From: Dipteris shenzhenensis
Taxonomy: Eukaryota
NCBI GenBank assembly: GCA_047967505.1
Contig: CM106538.1
Direction: 5' to 3' (one strand)
Length of the DNA: 64,000 bases
Numbering within the stretch: the first letter of the stretch is position 1; the number at the start of each line of letters is the position of its first letter. Made by a program: the position numbers and the translations under genes. The notes under the pieces were generated by a model. That model was not told the DNA's origin. It did no database searches and saw only the letters and a program-made list of their open reading frames with translations. Positions 11,105 to 25,570 of the stretch are shown in pieces.

Positions 11105-14100
11105 CTTGGAATCTAGGCACTTGAGATTGGGAGTAGGGACTTGTGTTCCGGTCATTGCATATTTTAACGAGTAGTTCAAACTTCAAAAGAAAAATCTAAA
11201 GAATGGTTGAATGTGTGGTACAATGGTAGCAAAGCTAGCAGTGCGTGAATCATAATCCATCGAGATTCATGATTTGACAATATATAGATGATAGATGATT
11301 TCAACCAAGAACTGGTAATGACAAGCACATTAGCTTAAAGACAAGTGTCAAGAATGGAGGGAGCTATTGTGTAGCAATTAGATATCATTCGCCTGAAACC
11401 AATCAAATTTACATATCTCTATATTGGCTTTACGCTCCGAGTCTAAGCTCGCAAAGACAGGTGGCCACTAGCATGGCAAAATCTCACTGTTGACTATCAA
11501 GAGAGAGAAAGAGAAAGAAAGAGAGATAGAGAGATCATGATTCATCAAATGATGTTCTTTGGGTTTTTGCTTTGTTTGTGTCTCCCAATTTGCCTACTGG
11601 AAAAGTGCACAAACAAAATCATTTGGCAATGATACCGTATACAATAGAGGTCAACCTAAGATGAAAGGATCACGACGAATTGCAATGGCCAAACAAATAA
11701 ATGAGCTGAGCTACCGAACTGATCTTCTGTTAATAAGTCTTCAAGCTCCATGTAAAGCATACATATAGGGAGATGAAGTGATTTCGTTCTGATAAGGTAG
11801 TCTTTGATATTTATAAGGTCCAAGTCAGTTCATCTCCCCTCCACCTGTGCGGCAAGGTGAAAATAGCTCTATTGTTGTTCATATGATGTAGTTTCTTGCA
11901 TTATGTTAAGAGCGAGAAAACGTGAAATACATAGGTCTCTCTGAGGCTTCTCTATCCACTATTCATCACCCCTTCCAATTCCATGCTTAACTAAGGATTT
12001 GGAAAAGTTTGCGTTCATACAAATTCTATGGATAGCATTTTAAGTGGCATGGCAAAGCCGGTATAGGGGGGCCATATCAAGGAGGAAGGCTTTTCAGAAG
12101 AATGCAATTAAAGGGACCCTTACCTTGTCCGCCATGGAAACTGCAAAAAATTGAGTAGGGAAGACGATGGAGAGACGAACTTGTTTGTGAGTTTTGTGGG
12201 GCATCTCCATGGGCCACTTTAGCTTACGTTCATTGCATTGGGACGGCCCTTGTGGATTGAAAAGAGGAAGTACAAGGGTTATGTGGGAGGGCAGGAATGT
12301 TCAAGATTTGAATTGGGAGGGAGAGATTTTGAACGGTCAGGATCCCCAAATGAATGTTCAAGGGTGGAGTGATGCTTAAATTCAAACTCGACCAAATTGT
12401 GCCTTTCTCGTGGATGGCCATGATTTCAACTTTCCCTCATAAGGCTTACCTTGTTGTTCATGTCTGCTTATCCAATTGTAAACTATGGGTCAGCACCCAA
12501 CAACTTATTAAAGCTCAAGAAATGAGCTAATCAATATACCCCCGCGGGGTGCACCATCGACCGACCATGATCTTCTGTGAAAGGTTTGAGTGGGAGCGTA
12601 CTTGCTGGGAAGCAATTTGAATTTTGGATTGGGGGGAGCCAAGCCACATAATTTGACAAAAATTAACATTCCATTGGTTGAGGGAGGATAAGTTGTGAAG
12701 AGTAAATGAAATGTGAAAAGGAAAATGATTTACCTAATTAGGAAAGTGAAATAAGTGGGAGTTGAACATTGTGAAGGGGGGAGGTGAGAGTAAAGGGGGG
12801 GAGGCTATGCCTTTGTATTGGTGATGTGACATCATTGGATGAGACTTATGGTATTAATGAATATATGGTTGTTTAAGCTCATGCATGTGAGCATAAAGGT
12901 CTTGGGGTCAATTCCCAAGCACAAACTAGGACTCCTTTCACACTTTTGAAAGGTTGATTGTGCGTGAGATCGATGGTTGGGAGACTTTCAAGATTACAGG
13001 ATGGGAGGGGTTTGATTGCACTGCAAAAGATCGATGGTTGGGATTGCACCATCCTCCCAAAAACTTGGGGGGGGGCATATTAACATGGGAGTTAATCTAG
13101 ATCCTTGAGTTAATTAAAAAGGATAGGCTAGCTTTTAAGTAGCATTAATGAGATTGACCCTAGAAAACTAATTGGATGGAGTTAGAGCACACTCACTATA
13201 AATCTACACAATAAGAACTGGTTACTCCATTTAATTAGTTAGAGGAGGAGAGGGGGGTGACAGGAAGGGGGAGGAGGGAGCAATTCACCTAAGGGGTGGA
13301 GGGGAGGTGGAGTAATTAGGTGAAAGATAAAAGGAGTGTTGAATTGAAAGGATAGCACAAGAGTCAAAAAGGAGAAGATGAGAGGGTTGGAAAGGGGGGC
13401 ACTAGCCCATCCATGAGGGAGGGGAGGTGGTTTATGTGGGGGAGTGGACATTCTTGTCATGCATTTAATAGACCCCTTCCAATCCCTCAAGTACTAACAT
13501 TTCCAAATTGTACTTTGAATTTTAAAACAAGTTGCCAAAGCCACTATGGCCCTTCTTTTAATGAAGCTTTTAATGAGAAGAAGAGTAGATGGATATCCAC
13601 AAGATATAAGGAAGAGTAGAAGGATAGCAAGAAGACTAAACTAACTTAAGGCCCTTTGGACCAAAAAACCACCCCCTTCCCATAGTCCTTTAGCAAGGCA
13701 AAAAATTCACCATTCCTATTCCAACTTTTCACTATAGGCAACCTAGCCCCAATTTTCCGTTCTTTGAGCTCTTAGAAGCCATTTGGCATGTTTCCATTAT
13801 TTTGTTTTTTCTTTTCCAATTAAGGTTTTGTTCTGATTTGCTTTTGCTAAAATTTTTACTTTCTTTTTTAGTTACCATAGCTGTTCATGCCAATCACATA
13901 GGCCCCAATGCAAGTTGTGGTGATTGCCTGGCAAGCAAGGGGATGGGGATGGGGCTCACAAAAACTGGACATGTTCAAGAGAAGAAGGTCACAATGTCAG
14001 GCCCTCATTCTCTCTATCAAGGACCTATGTGAGGTGTGCAATACTACTTTGCTAAGAGGGGAGGTTGAAACAAAAAATATTGCTAATAAATCTATGGGCA

Positions 14101-14429
14101 TGTAGATTGATGGCTTCAAGGAACCCAGAAAGGAAGCCAATGATAGTAGCAAAGTGGCATTTTGAGTTCGGTTAATCCATTGAAATAGTAACTAGAAGTT
14201 TCCGGACTGCTGTCAAAAGTGTGTAGGTACCTATTTTTAGTAGCAAAGAACAGTGAAACCTTACAGAATTTGGACCTGCACTAAAATGGAAAGTTGTAGA
14301 CCTATCGATTGGCTACAATTTTTTAGTTGATAGTTTTTGTATTTGAGGTAACGTGCGGAAGTTATTGACTATGCAATACAACAAAAAGTTGCAGAAATCT
14401 GCTATTGGAAACCATGGCTCTATTGGAGA

Positions 14430-14810
14430 GAAGGATCAAAATAATTATGCCATTTGGAAGGTTCGGATGGAAAATTTCCTGGCTGGAAAAGGATATTGGG
14501 ATTTGGTTACAGGTGATGAGAAAGAGCCTAATTTGCCAGAAAGAAATGCTACTGTAGAACAAGTTAAGAATCATAAAGCTTGGCTGGAAAGAGCACGGAG
14601 GGTACTTCATTGGTTTTCAATATCTATTTCAGATGCCATGGTTATGCAAATTCTGAACTACAAGTGCCAGGAAAATTCAACTGAAGAAAAAGTTCAACAA
14701 TATGTGAAGACGAGGTAGAACAATACAAGAGTACGTGACTGAAATCAAAACCATAGCTGATCAATTAGCTTCTATTGATGCTTCTATGGATGATGATGAC
14801 ATGGTTGAAG
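14430..14810 (+). mobile_element. Ty1/copia gag remnant
   Basis: NNYAIWKVRMENFLAGKGYWDLVTGDEKEP; downstream frame YVTEIKTIADQLASIDASMDDDDMVE. Confidence 0.8.
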
Positions 14811-16039
14811 AGCAAGCAAACCAACAAGAAGCTATCTTTTCTACTTTGTAGTATCAGAGAGACATGAAGTGGTGCCAACCAAACTCAAAACAAAGAAGCA
14901 TCGTAGGTGGGAAATAGATATAATGAAGAAATTAGAGGCTTTGCATCTATCAAAGCAATATAAGTCTTGGAATATTGAGTTTTAAGGTTGCTAGTTTGGA
15001 GCCATTTATTCAAGGATTCGAGAGGTACATGAAGATAATGATCTAAAAATGACTCTTGGTCACCTACAGTAGTGCTTGAATGAATGAGAGTTGAGAGATT
15101 TAAATCAAAGAGCTTGAGTCAAGGAAGCATCACGAACAACAACTTTAGAGTTTAGGAAGACAAAGGACAAACCAATGCAATTGCTCTAAGGCAAGAGAAG
15201 GCTCCAAAATATTGAAGCTTAGTTGCAAAGATCAAGGCCGATAAAGGTTTGGTGTAATAGCTAGCCCACAATTAGTCCAAGAGAAGATAGATGTGATCAA
15301 TTTAAATGCAAAGGTTTATTAAGGCCCCAAACATCGTGGGTGAAGCCAAAGTGATAGTCATTGAAGGCCCAAGATGATGTGGCCAATGATAGTTTTTAGT
15401 GGAAGGGAACTATTTACACTCACAATGATGGTCTCTCTAAATAGTTCATGATGATGCCAAAGACTTTGCAATTGAGTTGAACCGATTCCTCAGATGGCAA
15501 TAATGATGTTATTCCCTATTTAGAATTTGAGGTTGGAAGGAGGGTTTGATTAAATTAGATGCATAGTGAGCAAACAAGGCTTGGATTTGATTAAATCAGT
15601 GATTCACATAGTGAGCATTGTGTTGAAAGTAGACAAGGAAACAATGTCATCCTTGGCAAGTAACATGTTTGCCCTTGTCTCCTAATTTACATACTAGGTT
15701 AACATGTTTGTAGGATCCCTACTATTGTGTACCTAGGTTATTGTTCCCTCAGCTTGTTGGCAAAGTGTGTTTATTTGTTAGGTCTACTTGTTCATGTCTT
15801 TAATGCTCATCTTGTGGTTGTCACATGGTTTGTGCCATTGTTTTGGTGTTTGGGTACTTTGTGAAATTCTGAATGGCATTTCTTATTTTGTATTTGTTCA
15901 TTATATGCCTTCTTTTTTGGCGTGTCTAGCTATTCTATCTATTTATGCTAGACAAGTGTCTTTTTGTTATGTCAACTATGATACTAATATTACAGCATAG
16001 GGCAAAAATGAACAGGGGAAAAAAAAACTTTACTTGATG

Positions 16040-16825
16040 TGTTTGAAGAGCATGAAGTCTCATTTTGATTTACTTGATGGTTTACCCCCTAACAGAGAAG
16101 TAGATCATAAAATAGATATATTTCTTGGATCTACCCTTGTTTATAAACTCCCTTAGTCAAATAGAGGAATGTGAGGTAGAAATACACCTGGTTGAATATC
16201 TTAGAAGACCTCAAATTTAACCAAGTAGCCCACTATGGTCTTCGCTAGTTTTGGTGGTAAAGAAAAAGGATGGTACTATGCGCTTATGCATAGATTACAA
16301 GCTTATTTTGGTGATATTTCTGCAAAGAGGATGACCAATAACTTTTGAAAGTAAGAAGTTAGAGTGCACTTTTATGGAATTACTCGACATAGGAGAAGAA
16401 ACTATATGCTATAGTCTATGTATTAAGAAATGGAGGCAGTGTTTCTATAGTGCTAGATTTGAGATCATATTTGGTCAAGAAGGTATCAAATTGATTTGCA
16501 ATCAACCTCAAAACTTCAATGAAGAAAAGTTAGATGGGCTAAATTGATGCAAGAATTTGATATTCAATTGACATTCTATATCACAAAGGCAAATTTGATA
16601 TATACCCAATTCAGCTAAATGCCAATGGTTAATGAATTGAATAATACTCAATTCCAAAGTCACTTTGTACAGTCCCTAAAAGGAAAATCTGAGCATGATC
16701 CTCACCTTAGGGAAAGCAATTATTGAGAGGGATTCCATTGGTCAAGGAGCTTCCATTGAGTAATGGTGCCATACTACAGGTTGGTCATAAAGGACTCAAG
16801 TGGAAAAAATCTAATATTGATGGCT
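16040..16825 (+). mobile_element. Highly degraded Ty3/gypsy RT-RNase H remnant
   Basis: LPPNREVDHKIDI, LVVKKKDGTMRLCIDY, PITFESKKL and ELYAIVY-like segments in broken frames. Confidence 0.75.
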
Positions 16826-18699
16826 TGGTTGAGAATCAGTCAGGTAGAATGCTTAAATGCCTACGGACTGACAATGGTGGAGAGTATCTCTCTCATGACT
16901 TTCAGCATTTTTGTGATACACGTGGGATTAAGAGGGAGCTCACATCCCCTCGTACTTGAGAGCAAAATCTAGTTGTAGAAAAGATGAACCGTACCATTCA
17001 AGAAAGGTTGCAATGCATGCTTTCCAATGCAAGTCTTTCTGGTGTTTTTTTGGGCTGAGGCAATGAAGACTGCAGTGCATGTGATCAATAGATCACCTAG
17101 TAAGAGTTTGGATAGTGGTATTCCTGAAGAGGCATGGAGTGGCAAGAAGCCCTCTTACTCTCATTTGCATATATTTAGGTGTGAGGCATATGCACATGTG
17201 CCAAAAGAGCTTCGAAAGAAGCTAGATCCTAAGTCTAGGAAATGCATCTTTCTGGGTTATGGTGAAAGTGGAGAGATGGGCTATCGTCTCTGGGATCCAG
17301 AAGCAAAGAAGATCATACGCAGCCTTGATGTAGTCTTCAATGAGAAGAAGATGCATAAGGCACCCATGAGGGATGTGGAAATGAGGAGAATCACTTTCCA
17401 GGATGTGAATCCACCTGCATATGTTGATAGACAGCAAGCTGTCCATGCACCAAATGTGCAAGAAATGGTACCACCAAGTACTCCCACAGGTATTCAATCA
17501 AGGGTAGATGATGGATCATCTATTGGTGGAAATGATGAGCCAAATGTGGCTGATATGCAGGTGGGATAGCAAGCTGAAATGCCCTTGAGAAGATCATCTA
17601 GAGTGTCTAGATCGCTTGATAGGTTTGTTCCAGGGGTAGACTATGTGATGCTTACTGATTGTGGGGAGCCTTCTTGCTACAGAGAGGCTATGATGCGCGA
17701 GGATCAATGCAAGTGGGAGTATGCTATGCAATCAGAAATGAGTTCACTTATGAAGAATAAGACTTGGGACTTGGTTTCTTTGCCACATGGAAAGAAAGCA
17801 TTGCCATGTAAATGGGTCTACAAAATGAAGGTCATAGGTGATGATGTGCCTAGGTACAAGGCCCGTTTGGTCGCTAAAGGGTTCAAGCAAGAGAAGGGTG
17901 TGGACTTTGATGAGATATTCTCTCCGGTTGTGAAGATGACCACACTTAGATGCATTCTTGGACTAGTGGCATCAGAGGATATGGAGCTTATGCAGATGGA
18001 TGTCAAGACAGCTTTCATGCATGATGGGGATTTGCATGAGGAAATTTACATGGTGCAACCGGAAGGCTTTGAAGAAAAGGGCAAAGAGCATTTAGTTTGC
18101 AAGCTGAAGAAGAGTCTCTATGGTCTTAAGCAAGCGCCTAGAGAATGGTATCAGAAAGGCTGAGTATGTTGCAGCCACAGAGGGATGCAAGGAGGCTATA
18201 TGGCTTGGTCGACTAGTGGGAGATTTGGGGATTCATACAGGTTTACCAACATTGCATAGTGATTCCATGAGTGCTATTCAGCTAGCACGGAATCCAGTCT
18301 TTCATGCAAAGACCAAACACATTGAGGTCAGGCACCATTTCATCAGGGAGGTACTTGAGGACAAGCGCATAGAGCTTGTCAAGGTTCATACAGATGATAA
18401 CCCTGCAGATATGTTGACGAAGAGTCTACCTAGTCAGCGGTTTGAGTATTGTCGTGTATTGATGGGCATTGGATAGTATGCTCACTGGTTGTTCTCCCTT
18501 AAAGGCACATTGTCCTTTAAGTGGGAGGTTGTGGGGGTTAAAGGTCACTGTGTCTTTACCCCGATTATGTACAATACTCAAACACATATATAAATGAATG
18601 AAAAAGAAGATTAGGGTGTTCTACACCCACCAAAACATGTGTGGCTCTCTATTTCTCTCTCTCCCTCTTCCGTTCTTGCTTCCGTTGAGAGCACTCTCA
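16826..18699 (+). mobile_element. Ty1/copia 3' half (integrase core, RT N-part, deletion, RNase H, PPT, 170-bp 3' LTR 18530-18699)
   Basis: LRTDNGGEY, KLDPKSRKCIFLGY, YKARLVAKGF, QMDVKTAF, LKKSLYGLKQAPR, HAKTKHIEVRHHFIRE, NPADMLTK; PPT aagtgggagg; LTR TG...CA followed by GTAGA. Confidence 0.92.
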
Positions 18700-19200
18700 G
18701 TAGACTCAAACTCAGTTGAAGTAGTGGAGAGCATGCAAACTTTTGAGGAGCATCTTGAGAGAGCTCCTAAAACATGAAGATGAGGAGCCTTTCACTGAGG
18801 TTAAGAGTAAGAAAAATAAGAATAGAGGATTGGGGCCTCCCTTACAAGAATTAAATGGTGTGGAGGGAAAAGAGAGAAAGAAAACCAAATGGGTTTAAAT
18901 TTAGCCCCAAAGCAAGGTCTCGGCCTATTCAAGGAGAACCAAAAAAAAACAAGTAATTTATGGGACACACCAAAAGAATTTCCTCTTTTTTAGCTTAAAT
19001 GTACAGGGCTCATGAAACGATTTTAGGCTTGCACTTTAGGAAGATGGCTCAAATCATTAGAGTTAAAACCATACTTCCTTACGAGACTGCACTAGCATTT
19101 GTAGAAAATTGATAAGGAAAGAGTATATTTCATCACAGACATGAGACAAGCCAAGGAGGAGCAGCTGTGGGTATTAGTAAAAAATATTTTATAGGTTGAT
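18700..19200 (+). mobile_element. LINE remnant (ORF1 tail and start of ORF2 endonuclease)
   Basis: SLNVQG-like at ~18990, GGAAVGI at ~19155; frame continues from 35749 across the Copia TSD. Confidence 0.55.
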
Positions 19201-19261
19201 GCTTTCCCACATTTGGCAAACTATAGTAGGGGTTGGATTTAGACATGCCAAGCTGAAGTGT

Positions 19262-19681
19262 GGAATATTTTGGGTTTTGGATGGGGCAAATCAATTGATT
19301 GGCATCAGCTTAGGTAATTTTTTATACCACTATTCTCCCCTTGCACAAATTAATTAATTGGCCCTCAAAACAATTGAGGGCCCTATTGGGTAATATCTTC
19401 AACAACCAAGTTGGATGGTTGCTATCCATTTTGTTTTATTTGTGGTTAAAGTATATGGCATCATATTTGGTGGAGAACCCTCTGACAATAAACTTTACAT
19501 TTTGAAGATACCCTCCTCCCTTAAGCTTGCCTTGGTATTTATACTAGGTTATAGAAGCTTATAAGACTAGAAGCTTCTCCAAAATGCTCCCTCCATTTGG
19601 CAAGAATAGGAATATTTTGGGTTTTGGATGGGGCAAATCAATTGATTGGCGTTAGCTTAGGTAATTTTTTATACCACTATT
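19262..19681. repeat. Direct repeat of ~72 bp (19262-19333 and 19609-19681)
   Basis: ggaatattttgggttttggatggggcaaatcaattgattggc...ttaggtaattttttataccactatt twice. Confidence 0.85.
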
Positions 19682-21835
19682 GTGCAAACTTTTGAAGAAT
19701 TGCTCTCATCTATCTTTTGCCTCTTTGCTTGCCTACCTTCCTTTCGACAAGAAACAAGTAGGTCACTGTCTTTTATAGTATGAAATGCCAAGGAAATTGT
19801 TTCAGGGAAATACCAAGGAAATTGTTTTGGGGCACACAAATTCCTCTATCACATTCCACCCCATCTTCTTCAAAGAGTACTCATGGTAGTCCCAGATGTA
19901 TTTTGCTTTAACAAAGCATGGTTGCCTCTTGCAGAGCTACAAGACATTCAAAAATGCACATTACACAGTATAAAATGAAGGACTCTTGACCCTCCATGTC
20001 CTACTTCATATAATGAAGCATTGGGTGCTCTCACATAGATGCTAAGAGTGCCTACCGATAATATTCATCCCTAGATATTGTAAATCAAGCAACCTTGAAT
20101 TAGATACAAGTGGAGCATCATTCTTTGAAGGTGGCATTGACTCACTCACTGAGAGCCATGAGAAAATTTAGGCAGCTCGCACATAGCTTTGGTTATCCAG
20201 CTCCAAGAAAATCAAGTGTCTAGACTACAGATGTCGAGCTCGCTTAAGTTTGCAAATGGTTGAGAGTACAACGACAAACTATTAGGGAAATAATATGCCA
20301 CCGTTACAATACAAGCTTCAGCATCCATGGAAGAACTTGCTCGGTTGCAGGTCAAGAATGTAAGGTTGTAATAAAAAAACAACGCCTTGAAGGACTCGTT
20401 GTGCACTTTAGAATAGATTGAAAAGTTTTGCAAACATGCTTGGCTCTTGATGAGAACCCAAGTAAGAGACCACGCCAATATGTTCCTAGTGACAAGGATG
20501 ACCTATCCTGCCAATCCCCCCTAGCCTGTCTCATAGACACCTTCTAATGTTTACACGCCCGCAATGTCCACAAGGATAACCAGACCCAAGACTTCTACCT
20601 CCAAAGGCACCAAAGAGGAAGGCACCCATCCTAATGCAAACTTAGCCCTCAACTCCAATGACAGGTCCATTGTCCATGCGCTATTGATGCAAGAGTACGA
20701 GCCTTGCCCTCCTAGTTTGTGCTTGGCCTAACCCATGCTCTGACAAAGTCTTCATCACTTGGTTGGCCCTACCCTTTTTTCCATTCATCAATCCTGTATC
20801 GCTTGCTTCTAGCATTTTGCCCATGGCCCTTTTTGCTCCAACCAACACTTTGTGTCCATTCTTGGCAAAGAAGACTTCAAAGTCTCCTATCACATGAAAG
20901 GAGTGTGCTCATCGATGACCTCTTGATGACAAAGCCGCATTTTTAGTAACTTTCCTCTTGGAAAAGTGCTCCCAAAGCACTTTCTCTTGTCTCGGCCACC
21001 GGTTGTGTTTTCAATGGCTTCTTGATTGAAAAAGTGTGATCGGAGCAATTTCTTCATTTGTTAAGGGCCAAAAGGAGATGCTTTGACATGAGGGCATGAC
21101 CAATGCAACACTAGTAAAGGGCATGGCAATGATGTGTACAACACGTGTGACACATGGTTGATGACACACCATTGAGCAAACTTGCAAACTAGGGACATGT
21201 AGAGAGAGCAGATGCAGACATAATAGGTGGCGGCCATTGTCCATTGGAAATTTGATCGGAGGTCGTTTTTCACTTTATTGAACGCGTACAAGTCAATTTT
21301 TAATGCATTTTTTGACTTTTTCAATTGTCTTTTCAAGATCAATTGAATTTGGAAGCGATTTCATTGGATTGTGTAGATTGGTCTTCCATTGATTGATGAC
21401 CTTGATAGAGCAATAAAGGGATGAAAAAAACCAAAAAAGAAGAAGAGGGAAGCTTAAGAAGCTGCAAAAGAAGCTTCAATGACACATAGATCAACCAACT
21501 TGCAGCCTTGAGGTGTGGACCCAAAAAGAACACTCATGTCCCCTCCACCATCTAATCCCTCCCCATCCACCCCCACATGTGGCTCCAAGGTGGTTCCCCA
21601 TACTCAACACAAGTTAATTGAAGACAAATCAAAAAATTCACACAAGGAGCCAACATTTCTCCGGTGTGTGCAAAGCAACAGCAGCTCAGACGATTGGGTG
21701 TTTGCCCACTTGAATGTTTGAGATGCTTCCCTGCTACCTACCCGCCAATGTAGGGCACAAGCAGATGTGCCCAAATGGTGAGGGGGGGAAAAAGCATTCT
21801 ACCACTCTAATGAGAGGGTGCTAATAACACTATTA

Positions 21836-24025
21836 TGTTGGTAAGCTGAAAGGAAAGCAAAGAGTGGACACAAACTCAGAATACTTGCATTACTTGCATT
21901 ATGGAATGAAGAAGAGTGAGGTCCTTAAGTAGGCACCTCATACATGCTCACTGACATCACTGATGACTTCAAAGCTCCACAATCATCTCCTCAATATGCT
22001 CCTAGATTCTCTCAATCATCCTATGTGGCTCTCCACCACCTAACTGTGCTTGTGGGCACCTAACTGTGCCTCTAGCACTCACACATAGAAACCAAGGTGT
22101 GCCTGAGGCATACACCTTGAGATATCCCAACAAACCCCCCCTCAAGGGAATGCCTTAGGCTATGTCAAGGATACATCTAGTCTCATAGTTTCTCATGCCA
22201 TCTCATGGTGGTCAAGGATAAATCTATGGCTAGGTTCTCATGCTAGCAAGGGTTCCCATGGGTGTAAGGTAAACAAAAAGGGATACACAAAGACCTTCCA
22301 ATGGTTATCTCCCCTGCATGTACATGCACACAATGTCTGCAGGAGGTACCATGGAGCAAAACATACACATGGCCTACATCATAAGGTGACCAGAGGTGTT
22401 TACAAAACACACAAAAACACAATAGTTTATTTCATTCATTTTGGAGGACTATCCAGGCTGAGTACCTTGACATAAAGAGAGATCTGGAGCATACATAGAG
22501 ATGATTTAAAATGCATAATCTTCAAAGGATGCCTCATCTTGTGGAGGCAAAATATCCATGTCAAGGCAAGGTCTTACCACATGGGCAGTGTCTAGTGCCT
22601 TATAAGATGGTACTATGATAGAACAAGTGGATCTGAAAATCATATCCTTCAAGAGAACAATTATCTTGTCATCTCCATAGTTGTGTAGAGAAGCATATCT
22701 TAGGTATTTGACCTTCATCTTTTTCTTGTACTTGGAGTCAAATAAAAGTGCCATGAGAGGGTAGATCTCTGGCTTTGTAGTTGCTTCCTTTTTGGCAATC
22801 ATTGTTTTGGCAATCTTCAACAAGGAAGTCAGGTTGGCATTTTCATCCTTTGTAGCATAACAAGACATTGCTTTATGTTTTGGCTTTTCACATATTTTTC
22901 ATAAGCAAGCCATGAGAGGGTCTAACCCAGGTATTGGGCAGTGTCTTCTCTCTTACAGGGCTTAGAATATCAACTGAAATGCTTCAAAATATAAGCATTT
23001 AATGTAGCAAAGTCTTAGAATTGGCTAAAATGAATACTTTCCAATCAAAACCAGGTCTAGCAATTCAAAACAAAACTGAAGCCACACTTGTACTGAAGTT
23101 ATAGAAAGTTTCAAAAAACCAGAATTGCTAGAGTAGCATTTTATGTAGCATCATCTTCAAAAACTTGTCCAAAACTGTCAAAACCAAAAGGCTGAACTTG
23201 GAGGGCTTGTAGCTCACTCTTCAAAGCAAGGAAAAGAGGGCTTTCTAAAGCAAAAGAAAGCTCATATACCAGAGAGGGTCCAGCATAGAGGTTGGATGAA
23301 ATGGCATGCGCTATTGCCCGAGGGAGTTATTGTAGGCCGAAACTGACTTTTGACAATTTCTCCTTCGTTACTAAACCAAATGAGCTGAAAAATGGCTCAA
23401 AATCTTTGTCTTGAGGTCACCCATCTACTCCTAAGAGGGCTCAAGCAATGGCGGAGCAGGCAGGGAGTATTGAGCAATAGAAGAAATTCGCTCTTTGGAG
23501 AATGGCAGCCAACAGAGACGTTTTTTTCTCAATTGCTTGTAGGTGGAAGTTTGCCCATACTAGAGGAGTTTACAGCTCAGAGGGTTTGGGCAATGGTCAT
23601 TTGTAGGCAGAGAACCAAGCTCTCAAAGATTTTGGGAAGAAGGAGGTAAATGAGGAAGAAGAAGATGAAGAAGAAGAAGATGATGTGGTAGAAATGGGCT
23701 CAAGGGGGATCAAAGGGCTCTGATACCATGTTGGTAAGCTGACAGGAAAGCAAAGAGTGGACACAAACTCAGAATACTTGCATTACTTGCATTATGGAAT
23801 GAAGAAGAGTGAGGTCCTTAAGTAGGCACCTCATACATGCTCACTGACATCACTGATGACTTCAAAGCTCCACAATCATCTCCTCAATCTGCTCCTAGAT
23901 TCTCTCAATCATCCTATGTGGCTCTCCACCACCTAACTGTGCTTGTGGGCACCTAACTGTGCCTCTAGCACTCACACATAGAAACCAAGGTGTGCCTGAG
24001 GCATACACCTTGAGATATCCCAACA
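21836..24025 (-). mobile_element. Non-autonomous LTR retrotransposon, 2.19 kb, 297-bp LTRs
   Basis: LTRs 21836-22132 and 23729-24025 (two substitutions seen), TSD TATTA, Met-tRNA PBS 23717-23728, PPT at 22133-22148, no pol. Confidence 0.95.
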
Positions 24026-25499
24026 TATTATTGATGCATCCCAGTAAGTGGGTGGGAAAAAAAGAAAACATTTCATCACTCTAATGAGGGGAGAATAAAA
24101 CACTATTACTGATGCCCTTTGTGGAGAAAGAAAAACTTTTCTCAGGGGGTGCTAACAAACACTATTACAATTGTTACATGAAAAAAAAATATGCTATTAT
24201 GATTATCGATAAGGATCAAAGCTAAGAATCCAATACAAAGGCATCCCCTACCCTTGAGGAGCTCGCTTCCAAGATGTGATACTGAGAATCCAATATGGAA
24301 TATGTCCAAAGACGCTCTCCTTAAAAAGGCCCTCACCCATTCATGCAAGCACGCTCTTTAGAGCACACTTCCAAGTAGCCTCCACACCATGACTAGCGCT
24401 TGGATTTGTAGCCTTTTGATGCTCCCCCTCTACATGTCAACCTTTTCATGAGCACAAAACTAATATGGCCCCAAAGATCTCAACTGTTGTGCCTATGGCA
24501 TTGCTCAACTCAACCAGGATTACTATATGATCTACCTGGGTGCAATCTTTTAATTAGAAAAACCGTATTGTTTTCTCACTGTGGAGAATAACTATAGAGC
24601 TCCAATCAACATCTCTAATGTGATCGTTTGTGATGCATTTAGCAATGTGCTAGACACCTTTCTTGATCGTAATGGGTTTATGATAGACAGTGAGTGCGAA
24701 GGGGGCGTACTCTTCGTAGTATGTATGACTTGCTTATAGTATCATAGAACTTTTTTTCAAAAGCCTCCTTCGTCTTGAACCATTGTACCCATTCAAAGGG
24801 TCGAGTCTTAGAATATGTTTCTCCTTCTGATGCAAGAATCATCGATTCTATTTGCTAGCACACATAACTTTGTTTTAGCTACTTCAATGGACTTGTAAGG
24901 TGGCCGTATACTCAAATTATGTTTAAACTTTTCAAAATGTCTACCAACATGTGAGACTGTCATGGACAAGACATACCACCGAAGCTGCACATGACTTTGT
25001 CAGAGCAATCGATATGTGTTTGCGGTTTTGAAATAAAATTGTCGGCAAATGTGTTCCATAATATCAATTAACATGGGCTATAGATCAGTGCTCAATTCTA
25101 GCTTTTGGAAGCCTAAGGCTTAGCCACCACAGGGCTCTGGACGGGGTGAGGAGGGAGAGCGAACAAGAAAAACCAGTGCTATTTGAAACCTCAGCGTCAG
25201 TATGTCCCCCCATACATTGAAAAATGGGAAATTCCCATTGATTAGTTGTGGAGAAGAGAAGAGGGGTGAAAAGGAAGAGGGAAAGGGCATGATTAAACTA
25301 AGGGATAAATGGGGGAGGGAGGAGTTTCGATTAAGAGGGACCACTTAAGAAGGGGGGATTAAAGAAGAAGTCAAGTGCCAAAGGGGGAGGGGTACTAGGG
25401 ACCACTTGAGGGGGCTTTACAAAAGAACTTGCATACTAAAGGGGGAGGGGGAGGATAGACAATTTATAATATTTTAGTTAGCATTAGGTATGCTCTTCC

Positions 25500-25570
25500 A
25501 CTCTACAACTTAGTGGTTAGGGTTCACATGTGGGAAAGACAACATTGTGGGTTCGAATCCCACCCTCTTG
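25500..25570 (+). other. tRNA-derived (Pol III A/B box) segment, SINE head or tRNA pseudogene
   Basis: TAGTGGTTAGG A-box and GGTTCGAATCCC B-box with T-arm stem GTGGG/CCCAC; no clear cloverleaf. Confidence 0.5.
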
